Source: Candidatus Muiribacteriota bacterium
GTDB taxonomy: Bacteria; Muiribacteriota; Muiribacteriia; Muiribacteriales; Muiribacteriaceae
Length of the DNA stretch: 64,000 bases
Direction: 5' to 3'
NCBI GenBank assembly: GCA_051747805.1
Contig: JBNJGP010000002.1
Coordinates: 7,608 to 71,607, forward strand
Shown: in pieces, positions 56,615 through 64,000 of the stretch
Position numbering within the stretch: the stretch's first letter is position 1
Layout of the letters: every line of letters begins with the position of its first letter
Notes under the pieces: model-generated
The model's input: the letters and a program-made list of their open reading frames with translations, nothing else
Told to the model about the DNA's origin: nothing
The model's database searches: none
Program-made: the position numbers and the translations under genes

Positions 56615-57808
56615 TCATTTCTCCAGTATAACTTTTCCTGCCATTATGGTTAAATCATCGCGACAGTCAATATCATAAAATTTAGAATACAGAAGATTGG
56701 CAATATTGTCAAACGAAAGATAACTGTATTCCTTTATAAAACTGATTATTTCCTTGAAATTATCGGGGTCTGCCATAAGACCATCAGTAAATAAAAGAAA
56801 TTGCCTGATATTATTAATTTTTATGTTATCAATTTTAAATTCATTTATAACGTCTATTCCCAGAGGAGGATTACTTTTTTCCGGAGAAAAAACTTTTTCA
56901 TCTTTAATGAAAACCGGGGAATATAAACCACAATTACATATTTCGGCACTATCTTTTTCAATATCAAAAAAGATAAAAAGTGTAGCTATAAAATGAAACT
57001 TATCAATTGAATCGCATAAAAAATTATTAATATTTGAAACTATTTTTTGTAAATCAAATACTTTTTCAGTTAATAAAATATATCTTAAAATAACATGAAA
57101 CATATTACTTATTAAAGCTCCAGAAAGACCTTTACCAGCCGCATCTGCCAGAACAGCCATATACTTTTTGTCAGAAATTTTAAAAAAATTATAATAATCG
57201 CCCCCTATAATTTTAAAAGGTTTATAAATAACTTTAACCTTAAACTGATTATAGTCGAAATAATCTCTGGGAATAATTTTTTTATGCAGCATAAAAGCAG
57301 TTTCAAGCTCATGTTTATATTCGTTTTCCAGATTTTTATATTTTTTTTCTTTTTCATAACTACATACTTTTTCAAAAAGAATAGTTCCAAGATCAATTAA
57401 TAATTTTGATAATTCTTCAAGTTTTTCTTCATCTAATTTCTTTGAAAAATAAACTCCCGCCAATCCCCTCGAAACATTTTCTGAAATAACAGGAATAAAA
57501 AAAGCTGGAGTAGAAGAATTTTTTTTAAAATTATCTTTAAAATCTATTTGTTTATTAAAATCTGGAAATAGATTCCTGGAAATCAACTGACACTCCTGAG
57601 CCTCATTGAAACTTAATTTCCCGCCCTTTTTACGTATTATGTATGAAGATTTCTCTATTTTAAATATAAAAATAATCGCCCTGATCTCAGGAAAATTTCC
57701 GCTGATAAAATCACCACAAATCTTTATTGAATTTTCAAAATCCTCAGAGTTCAAATTAAAAATAAGCTCCGAAAAATCATAAAAACAACTAATTTCTGAC
57801 ATAAACAA
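56615..57808 (-). CDS. PP2C-type (SpoIIE/RsbU-like) serine phosphatase with N-terminal sensory domain
   Basis: GGDYYNFFKISDKKYMAVLADAAGKGLSGALIS...LLFTDGL are PPM metal-binding motifs. Confidence 0.65.
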   Translation of the reverse strand: MFMSEISCFYDFSELIFNLNSEDFENSIKICGDFISGNFPEIRAIIFIFKIEKSSYIIRKKGGKLSFNEAQECQLISRNLFPDFNKQIDFKDNFKKNSSTPAFFIPVISENVSRGLAGVYFSKKLDEEKLEELSKLLIDLGTILFEKVCSYEKEKKYKNLENEYKHELETAFMLHKKIIPRDYFDYNQFKVKVIYKPFKIIGGDYYNFFKISDKKYMAVLADAAGKGLSGALISNMFHVILRYILLTEKVFDLQKIVSNINNFLCDSIDKFHFIATLFIFFDIEKDSAEICNCGLYSPVFIKDEKVFSPEKSNPPLGIDVINEFKIDNIKINNIRQFLLFTDGLMADPDNFKEIISFIKEYSYLSFDNIANLLYSKFYDIDCRDDLTIMAGKVILEK

Positions 57809-57918
57809 TCCTGATTATAAGGCAATTATAATTTTTTTAAACAAAACTTTAAACGCTCACCTTTAGTTAAATTAAAAGCATGGATTTTATTTAACCATAT
57901 TTTTTTAGAAAAATAAAC

Positions 57919-57947
57919 TTGATTTTAAAAAAAATTTATGCTACTAT
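57919..57947 (+). promoter_or_regulatory. Sigma70-like promoter for rpsT: TTGATT-17 nt-TACTAT
   Basis: -35 TTGATT at 57919-57924, a 17-nt spacer, and -10 TACTAT at 57942-57947. An AGGAGG RBS sits at 57977-57982 and the ATG at 57990. Confidence 0.5.
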
Positions 57948-57989
57948 TTTTCAATAAATAAACTGATATATATTTCCAGGAGGATTAAA

Positions 57990-58271
57990 ATGGCAGAAGA
58001 AAAAAGAAAAAAAAGACATACACCCGAAGAAAAAAGAATTATTCAGAGTAAAAAAAGAGCTTTAAGAAATAAATCTTTAAAAAGTTCTTTAAATACTGTA
58101 TTAAAACAATCAATTAAAGCTATAAAACAAAAAGATGCAGAAGAAGCTCCGGTTTTATACAAAAAAGCCTCAAGAAAACTAGATAAAATGGTAACAAAAG
58201 GCATTATTCATAAAAATGCAGCAGCAAGGAAAAAATCACAGCTCTCAAAAAAACTTAAAGCTATAGCGTAA
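57990..58271 (+). CDS. rpsT: 30S ribosomal protein S20 (bS20)
   Basis: 93 aa, highly basic. KKRALRNKS...IKAI......KMVTKGIIHKNAAARKKSQLSKKLKAIA matches the bS20 C-terminal consensus (GxIHKNxAARxKSxL). Confidence 0.9.
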   Translation: MAEEKRKKRHTPEEKRIIQSKKRALRNKSLKSSLNTVLKQSIKAIKQKDAEEAPVLYKKASRKLDKMVTKGIIHKNAAARKKSQLSKKLKAIA

Positions 58272-58283
58272 GTTTTTAATAAA

Positions 58284-58880
58284 TTACATATTTTCTTTTG
58301 AATATTTATAATATTCAAAAAGACTTTTATATACTGCGGGATGAACAACAGTAATTAAAAGGAATTGCATTAGTTTTATTAAAGATAATGTCAATTTTCC
58401 TCTGCCATAAAATATTATTTTTTCTTCTGCTTCAAAATCAGGTTCAAAATATGTATAAACTCCGTCCGGAAGAATATTATTAATCATAATATTAAATATA
58501 TTTAGCTGAGATAGAAGATATTTGTTATCTAATCCTATACATATATCAACCCCTAATTTTTTTATATTAACAACTTTTATAAAACGGTATATATGTTTTA
58601 AAAAAAAGTTAATGATATAATATAACCTTTCAATATTTAGACTATAATTTTTTTCTTTTACTGAATTTTTTTTACTTTTTTTTAAATTTTTTTTAAATAG
58701 ACCAAAAAACTTCAAAAAAAAGCGTTCTCCTGAATTATCATTTATATAAAAAAAATCAAAAACAAACAAATCCAGCTTAATAAATACAATATTATAATTT
58801 ACCAGAAAAACTAAGGTATAAGGATAAAATAATATTAAACTCATTCCTGATAAAAACAAAAAAATTATAAGATAAATCAA
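58284..58880 (-). CDS. Hypothetical hydrophobic/low-complexity protein
   Basis: ORF only, with an N-terminal TM-like segment. The composition is extremely AT-biased, so it may be partly spurious. Confidence 0.25.
   Translation of the reverse strand: MIYLIIFLFLSGMSLILFYPYTLVFLVNYNIVFIKLDLFVFDFFYINDNSGERFFLKFFGLFKKNLKKSKKNSVKEKNYSLNIERLYYIINFFLKHIYRFIKVVNIKKLGVDICIGLDNKYLLSQLNIFNIMINNILPDGVYTYFEPDFEAEEKIIFYGRGKLTLSLIKLMQFLLITVVHPAVYKSLFEYYKYSKENM
58296..58320. terminator. Hairpin TTTTGAATATT-TAT-AATATTCAAAA with flanking T/A runs, a candidate bidirectional terminator downstream of rpsT
   Basis: Perfect 9-bp stem with U-tracts on either strand. It lies within the last roughly 10 codons of the convergent hypothetical ORF 58284..58880. 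Confidence 0.4.
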
Positions 58881-59485
58881 AATAAAAACTCCGCCGTATC
58901 TATAATTTCTGAAGACTTTAAATTAAAAAAATATATATTCTGACTCCATCTTTTATCTGGCTCAATTAAAAAACTGGAAGCGGGAAAAATATTTTCTGTA
59001 ATTTTTTCTCCTGCCGAATCCTTCAAAATAACCCGGAACTCAAAATCCTCAAGCAATTCTTTGGAAGAATTAATAAAATCAGCCTTAATTTTAAGAGAAC
59101 TTGAGGAAACAGGTATTAACTCATAATTTAAAACTTGAATCTTTTTTTCATCATCTGCTTTTTGGTCGTCATTAATTAGCTGTTTAATTTGCTCAATTAA
59201 ACTATAAGCTTTTTTGTAGTCTTCTTCCTTTATCGAATTAATAATATCATTTATTTTTGAATAAAAATGTAATTTATTAACTTCATTTTCTAATTCCTCT
59301 GGTAAAAAATCATCTTGTAAAATTTTATCTTTTGTTTCTTGGCCAAGTTCCTGAACCTTTTCTAAAAAAAGCTCCACCTCTTCTGTACTATTTTCTGCAT
59401 AAGTTAACAGGCATAATATTAAAAGAATTAATAAAAAAAAACTTCTTTTATTTAAACTCAGGAGTTTTTTTATTAATAAAGGCAC
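58877..59485 (-). CDS. Hypothetical secreted protein
   Basis: Signal peptide (FFLLILLILCLLTYAEN) followed by an acidic, coiled-coil-like region. The 5' end overlaps the crt 3' end. Confidence 0.3.
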   Translation of the reverse strand: MPLLIKKLLSLNKRSFFLLILLILCLLTYAENSTEEVELFLEKVQELGQETKDKILQDDFLPEELENEVNKLHFYSKINDIINSIKEEDYKKAYSLIEQIKQLINDDQKADDEKKIQVLNYELIPVSSSSLKIKADFINSSKELLEDFEFRVILKDSAGEKITENIFPASSFLIEPDKRWSQNIYFFNLKSSEIIDTAEFLF

Positions 59486-60221
59486 TCATACCCTCCTTCT
59501 GATCGGAATGTTGAAAACATGTGCCAAATATATCCTGTTCCATCTCTAAAGCCTTATCAAGCTCTTTGTCATAACCAGTATTAATTGAAATTTTAGCCAG
59601 CTTAAGGGCATTGAAAGATTTTGAAAGTATAGTTTTCGCTATTTTTAAAACCTTCTCTATTAACTCCTCTGATTCAAAAATATCATTTACAATTCCCATT
59701 TCAAAAGCCTGCTGACTTTTAATTATTTTACCCGTAAAAATCAGCTCACGTGCTTTTAACAGACCACATAAACGTGAAATTCTCTGAGTTGCTCCAAAAC
59801 CCGGTATAATTCCAAGACCAGTCTCAGGCTGACCAAATTTCGCGTTTGTTGAAGCATATATTAAATCACAGGCACAGGCAAGCTCCATACCTCCTCCTAA
59901 AGCAAAACCATTAACAGCCGCTATAGAAATAAAAGGAGCGTTTTGCAGCTTCGAAAAAGCTTTATGACCAATACGGCTGAATTCTACAGCCTGCTCTTTA
60001 TTCATATCTTTCATTTCAGATATATCTGCACCGGCTACAAAAGCTTTTTTGACCCCTGTTATAATAAGTACTCTACATTTATTATTTTTATATAGAGAAT
60101 CAAGGACAAAATAAAATTCTTTCAACACTTCTGTAGATAGAGAATTAAGAGTATCGGGTTTATTAATTGTCAAAATAAAAAGGTTACCTTTTTCTTCTAA
60201 TAAAAAATTTTTTAATTCCAT
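59448..60221 (-). CDS. crt: Short-chain enoyl-CoA hydratase (crotonase)
   Basis: MELKNFLLEEKGNLFILTINKPDTLNSL...AFVAGADISEM is near-canonical clostridial Crt. The start is reassigned to the ATG at 60221, which has a GAGGTG RBS 5 nt upstream. The 60242 ATG lies inside the upstream palindrome. Confidence 0.85.
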   Translation of the reverse strand: MELKNFLLEEKGNLFILTINKPDTLNSLSTEVLKEFYFVLDSLYKNNKCRVLIITGVKKAFVAGADISEMKDMNKEQAVEFSRIGHKAFSKLQNAPFISIAAVNGFALGGGMELACACDLIYASTNAKFGQPETGLGIIPGFGATQRISRLCGLLKARELIFTGKIIKSQQAFEMGIVNDIFESEELIEKVLKIAKTILSKSFNALKLAKISINTGYDKELDKALEMEQDIFGTCFQHSDQKEGMSAFINKKTPEFK

Positions 60222-60236
60222 TTTCACCTCTTTTAT

Positions 60237-60267
60237 CAGCAATTCTAAATAAAATTTAGAATTGCTG
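60237..60267. repeat. Perfect 14-bp inverted repeat CAGCAATTCTAAAT-aaa-ATTTAGAATTGCTG in the hbd-crt intergenic spacer
   Basis: Read directly from the sequence. It sits 8 nt after the hbd stop and 16 nt before the crt ATG. The same core (GCAATTCTAAATAAAAT) is present upstream of gcvT. Confidence 0.5.
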
Positions 60268-60275
60268 AACCATTT

Positions 60276-61136
60276 TTAATAATCATAAAAACCTTTTTTA
60301 GTTTTTCTTCCCAGATGTCCCGCTTTTACTTTTTTAACAAGCAGAGGACATGGTCTGTATTTTGTATCTTTAAAACCCTCAAATAAAACTTCCATTATTG
60401 AAAGACATACATCGTTTCCTATTAAATCTGCAAGAGCAAGAGGACCTATTGGATGAGAGGCACCAAGTTTCATAACTTTATCAATGCTTTCAACATCAGC
60501 TACTCCCTCCATCAAAACATAACAGGCTTCATTTATCATAGGTATTAAAAGTCTATTAACTACAAAACCAGGATAATCAGAAACTTCAACCGGTGTTTTG
60601 CCTAATTTAAAAGCAAAATCCTTTACTAAAAAAGCACTTTCATCAGAAGTAGCTATTCCCTTTATTACTTCAACAAGTTTCATAACTACTACAGGATTCA
60701 TAAAATGCAGCCCTATAACTTTCTGAGGTCTATTGGTTACCCCCCCTAATTCTGTTATTGAAATAGAGGAAGTATTAGTAGCCAAAATGACATGCTCCGG
60801 CATAATTTTATCAAGTCTTGAAAAAATTTCCTTTTTCAAACGTTTATCTTCAGTAGCTGCTTCAATCACTATTGAACAATCATTAATTTCTTCAAGTTTT
60901 TTTATAAAAGTAATTTTTTTTAAAAAATCTTCAGTTTCTCCGTTCAAAATACCTTTGTTAATAAGCTTATTTATATTTTTAGTTATAACCGCCTTTCCTT
61001 TTTCAATGTTTTCTTGATTGATTTCGAAAATCTTTACATCAAACTCAGCTCCAATACATACAGAGGCTATTCCAGTTCCCATTGTTCCAAAGCCAATTAC
61101 TCCAACTTTTCTTAATTCCATAAAAAACCCCCTCAT
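60276..61136 (-). CDS. hbd: 3-hydroxybutyryl-CoA dehydrogenase
   Basis: [15 protein letters not shown] Rossmann motif and 3HCDH-family collinearity. Confidence 0.85.
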   Translation of the reverse strand: MRGFFMELRKVGVIGFGTMGTGIASVCIGAEFDVKIFEINQENIEKGKAVITKNINKLINKGILNGETEDFLKKITFIKKLEEINDCSIVIEAATEDKRLKKEIFSRLDKIMPEHVILATNTSSISITELGGVTNRPQKVIGLHFMNPVVVMKLVEVIKGIATSDESAFLVKDFAFKLGKTPVEVSDYPGFVVNRLLIPMINEACYVLMEGVADVESIDKVMKLGASHPIGPLALADLIGNDVCLSIMEVLFEGFKDTKYRPCPLLVKKVKAGHLGRKTKKGFYDY

Positions 61137-61138
61137 TT

Positions 61139-62320
61139 TTATATAAGTTCAACACACACTGCTACACCCATTCCGCCACCAACACATAAAGTTGCAAGAC
61201 CTTTTTTCAAATTTCTTCTTTTCATTTCATGAATTAAAGTTACAAGAATTCTGGTTCCACTTGCTCCTATAGGATGACCAAGAGCTATTGCTCCTCCATT
61301 TACATTCACTTTCGAAACATCCCATCCAAGTTCTTTATTAACAGCAAGTGCCTGCACGGCAAAAGCCTCATTAGCCTCAATAAGATCGAGTTCGTCAATA
61401 GTCCAGCCAGCTTTACTCAAAGCTTTTTTAACAGCCTCAACAGGACCAATTCCCATGATTTCAGGCTTACATCCATGCCATGAGTATGATACAACCTTTG
61501 CAAGTTTATTTAATTTATACTGATTCACAGCTTTATCAGAGGCTAGCAAAACAGCCGCTCCACCGTCATTTATTCCCGAAGCGTTTCCCGGTGTAACAGA
61601 CCCATCTTTTTTAAAAGCTGGTCTTAATTTTGATAAAGCTTCAGCTGTAACTCCTTTTTTTATATATTCATCTTGTTCAAATTTAACAGGCTCTTTTTTT
61701 CTCTGCGGAATCATAACCGGAGTAATCTCTTCCTTAAATTTTCCTTCATTTAAAGCATTCTCGGCTTTATTCTGAGAAGAGGCAGCAAATTCATCCTGTT
61801 CCTGTCGCGAGATATTATATTTTTCAGCAAGGTTCTCGGCAGTCATACCCATATGATATCCATTAAAAACATCAGTTAATCCATCAAAAATCATAGAATC
61901 AAATATCTGACCATGACCCATTTTAAATCCGTTTCTCGCCTTTTGAAGAAAGTAAGGAGCCTGAGACATATTTTCAGAACCGCCAGCCACTATTAATTCT
62001 GCATCACCACATAAGATTGACTGTGTTCCCATGCCAACAGTTCTAAGGCCTGAACCACATACCATATTAATTGTTAAAGCTGTTTTTTCAACAGGTATCC
62101 CCGCTTTGACAGCAGCCTGTCTTGCAGGATTCTGACCAAGTCCTGCCTGAAGAATACAACCTATCATTACTTCATCAACTTCATTTCCTTTGAGATTATT
62201 TTTTTTCATTAAAGAACTAATAACTTCTGCTCCAATATCGGAGGCAGATATTCTCGAAAGCGTCCCTCCAAAACTTCCTATCGCAGTTCTTGTTGCATCG
62301 CAAATAAAAACATCTTTCAT
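61139..62320 (-). CDS. Acetyl-CoA C-acetyltransferase (thiolase II)
   Basis: [25 protein letters not shown] (active-site Cys), and C-terminal CVGGGMGVA. Confidence 0.9.
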   Translation of the reverse strand: MKDVFICDATRTAIGSFGGTLSRISASDIGAEVISSLMKKNNLKGNEVDEVMIGCILQAGLGQNPARQAAVKAGIPVEKTALTINMVCGSGLRTVGMGTQSILCGDAELIVAGGSENMSQAPYFLQKARNGFKMGHGQIFDSMIFDGLTDVFNGYHMGMTAENLAEKYNISRQEQDEFAASSQNKAENALNEGKFKEEITPVMIPQRKKEPVKFEQDEYIKKGVTAEALSKLRPAFKKDGSVTPGNASGINDGGAAVLLASDKAVNQYKLNKLAKVVSYSWHGCKPEIMGIGPVEAVKKALSKAGWTIDELDLIEANEAFAVQALAVNKELGWDVSKVNVNGGAIALGHPIGASGTRILVTLIHEMKRRNLKKGLATLCVGGGMGVAVCVELI

Positions 62321-62410
62321 GATTAACTCTCCTTTTATATTTTTATTTATATATTATATTATAACAGGCTTTAAAAAGCAATTAATGCATTTTGCGCCGC
62401 AACACTTTTT

Positions 62411-62806
62411 TTATCTGCGCTGCAAACCAACTGGTACAACACAAGTTCCATGAGCCCTGCAAACAATTATGGGTTTTTTCAGGAAGTCGCATGCTGAAGG
62501 CTGATTTTTTATTTTTGACGATGCAATCACCTTTTTAGCATCAAAACACATTGTTCTCGAAGATTTTCCTTTTTTTTGGATATAACCACTTGCCTCTATA
62601 TAGTCTCCAGCATAGACAGGAGCCAGAAATTCAACATTATCATATGCTACAAACAAACCTTCATCTCCATCATTTCTAATAAGCAGTTCAGTAGCAACAT
62701 CTCCAAAAAGTTGAAGCATACGTGCACCATCCACAAGACCGCCTGCATAATGGGCATCATTAGCGCCCATTCTTAATCTAATTAAAACAGAATTTTTTTC
62801 TGACAT
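62411..62806 (-). CDS. kal: Hotdog-fold protein, probably 3-aminobutyryl-CoA ammonia-lyase
   Basis: 131 aa. [23 protein letters not shown]...[14 protein letters not shown] has a hotdog-fold pattern. Its position directly downstream of kamDE and upstream of thiolase matches lysine-fermentation operons. Confidence 0.5.
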   Translation of the reverse strand: MSEKNSVLIRLRMGANDAHYAGGLVDGARMLQLFGDVATELLIRNDGDEGLFVAYDNVEFLAPVYAGDYIEASGYIQKKGKSSRTMCFDAKKVIASSKIKNQPSACDFLKKPIIVCRAHGTCVVPVGLQRR

Positions 62807-62918
62807 AATCTACCCCCTGAAAAAATATTATTATACTCTGATTCTTCTATTTGGCAAAAAGCTTAGGTGGTTATTCCAATCCAAAAAAAAAATTTCATAA
62901 TATCTAAAAAATATTTTT

Positions 62919-63656
62919 TTATTTTTTACCAAACTGTAGCTCAGTTAATTTTTTAGCAATAAAAGTTGCAACATGTTCTGCAAAAGTACCCTTACCAAAA
63001 CCACAGTCAAAACCTAATTCCATTGCAAGCTTATTATTTATTCTGGGACCACCTGTAATGATAATCATTTTATCTCTAAGCTCTTCAGCTTCCATAAGTT
63101 CAACAAATTCTGTAAGGTTCTGTATATGTATATCTTTCTGAGTTACAACCTGAGAAACTAATATAGCATCTGCATTAACTTTTTTTGCGAAATCAACAAG
63201 ATATTCATTTGAAATTTGGGCTCCAAGATTATAGGCTTCCACCATTGGATATCTTTCAAGTCCATAATGATGATCATATCCTTTCATATTCATTATAGCA
63301 TCTATCCCTACTGTATGTGCATCAAAACCAGTACAGGCACCGACAACCACAATTTTTTTACCCAGCTTTTTCTTAATAAAGTCGTTCACTTCATAAAAAT
63401 CCATAAACTCTTCCTGATTATCTTCAACTTCAATTTTATCATAATCCACACTATTGTTAATTTTCCCATATACAACAAAAAAAGTGAATTTCTCAGACAA
63501 GGGGGTTGAATAAACTATTTCACAGTTAGAAAAACCCGCCCCTTCAATCAGCTGCTTGGCAGCCTCTTCTGCCTTTTTACCCCCGGAAACCGGCAGGGTA
63601 AAAGATAATTGAACTGAACCATCATTAAGGGTATCTCCATAAGGTTTAACAATCAT
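62919..63656 (-). CDS. kamE: Lysine 5,6-aminomutase beta subunit (B12-binding)
   Basis: PYGDTLNDGSVQLSFTLPV near the N-terminus. Cobalamin-binding DxHxxG appears as GACTGFDAHTVGIDAI, followed by a Rossmann-like ILVSQVVTQ...IIITGGPRI. Confidence 0.7.
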   Translation of the reverse strand: MIVKPYGDTLNDGSVQLSFTLPVSGGKKAEEAAKQLIEGAGFSNCEIVYSTPLSEKFTFFVVYGKINNSVDYDKIEVEDNQEEFMDFYEVNDFIKKKLGKKIVVVGACTGFDAHTVGIDAIMNMKGYDHHYGLERYPMVEAYNLGAQISNEYLVDFAKKVNADAILVSQVVTQKDIHIQNLTEFVELMEAEELRDKMIIITGGPRINNKLAMELGFDCGFGKGTFAEHVATFIAKKLTELQFGKK

Positions 63657-63674
63657 TTTTATACTCCTGTTTTT

Positions 63675-64000
63675 TCAGCGGTCAAGATTTAACTCTTTTT
63701 TTAAAAAATTTTCTGCGGGATTCCAGTATTCATCAGTTTTTTCAAAAACACCTTCAAACCCTTTTCCACCATCTTTTTTCCTTGAAATTTCAGCAAAGCT
63801 TTTATTCTCAATAGCACTAAACAGACCTTCCTGATTTATATCTTCAAGAAACTCAACCGTCTCTTCCAATACTTTCTGGGCACGCTTTTTTATAACTCCG
63901 CCTTCTTTAAAATAAACCTCTTCACCCAGAGATTTTATATTGTTCATTACATAAGAAGCATTTTCTAAAGCAAGATATCTGTCATGCATATGAGGAGTAT
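63675..64000 (-). CDS. kamD: Lysine 5,6-aminomutase alpha subunit, C-terminal fragment (the gene continues beyond the window end)
   Basis: The ORF is open to the window edge. It is translationally coupled 18 nt upstream of kamE. The call rests mainly on context, and the track's Met start is internal. Confidence 0.5.
   Translation of the reverse strand, partial: TPHMHDRYLALENASYVMNNIKSLGEEVYFKEGGVIKKRAQKVLEETVEFLEDINQEGLFSAIENKSFAEISRKKDGGKGFEGVFEKTDEYWNPAENFLKKELNLDR

Noticed and set aside
62321-62410. Small palindrome TTGCG-G-CGCAA and the AAAGTGTTG string shared with 10500-10508 in the kal-thiolase spacer
   Set aside because: The arms are only 5 bp and the shared 9-mer is short. Both are well within chance for this base composition.
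1-64000. Search for tRNA/rRNA genes, CRISPR arrays, integrases/transposases and prophage blocks
   Set aside because: There is no GGTTCGAATCC-type T-arm with cloverleaf context, no regularly spaced direct repeats, and no recombinase or transposase-like ORF. The window appears to be core chromosome with an accessory-like envelope and radical SAM region, not a mobile element.

Overview
This is a 64 kb, very AT-rich (roughly 30% GC by eye) chromosomal segment from an anaerobic, diderm bacterium. Coding is dense and almost entirely on the minus strand: about 54 of 55 calls, with only ribosomal protein bS20 on the plus strand. I found no tRNA, rRNA, CRISPR array, integrase, transposase or other mobile-element signature.

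Order of contents along the window:
- lptD (partial, N-terminal part), lysC, and a thrB-like GHMP kinase.
- A complete glycine-cleavage operon gcvT-gcvH-gcvPA-gcvPB, followed by lpdA and a standalone biotin carrier protein.
- A 3D-domain cell-wall protein whose long leader has a strong promoter and a GC-rich hairpin.
- pdxA, then lipid A/Kdo genes lpxK, waaA and lpxL.
- A 2650-aa HEAT+TPR giant protein.
- Housekeeping genes nnr and acpS.
- An FHA-GAF-HD-GYP signalling protein, a lipoprotein, and a DnaB-family helicase with an N-terminal zinc ribbon.
- A cell-envelope block: PilQ/GspD-type secretin, ComFB-like protein, FadL/PorV-like beta-barrel, a lipoprotein with a glucodextranase-C-like motif, an OmpM-like SLH-domain outer-membrane protein, and a secreted protein with two CBM48-like domains.
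- The standout feature, about 13.2 kb at 36.8-50.1 kb: a translationally coupled array of seven radical SAM enzymes. Six are SPASM/twitch-type paralogs and one is a cobalamin-binding class B enzyme. The array embeds a 1243-aa fusion (about 880 aa of unknown N-terminal domain plus a C-terminal radical SAM/SPASM module) and a 705-aa bitopic membrane protein. One paralog appears split or frameshifted at a GGAGGAGGAAAAA run. There is no space for a precursor-peptide gene.
- A dGTPase-like HD protein and a GerW/YtfJ protein.
- A c-di-GMP module: multi-GAF HD-GYP, a REC domain protein, a GAF-GGDEF protein and a PP2C phosphatase.
- rpsT with a near-consensus sigma70 promoter and a bidirectional terminator.
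- thiolase-hbd-crt butyrate genes joined to lysine-fermentation genes kal-kamE-kamD (kamD partial at the window edge).

A short inverted-repeat motif family (CAATTCTAA / TTAGAATTG and the TTGAGAATT variant) recurs in several intergenic spots. All functional assignments come from motif-level reading of the translated ORFs, with no database searches.
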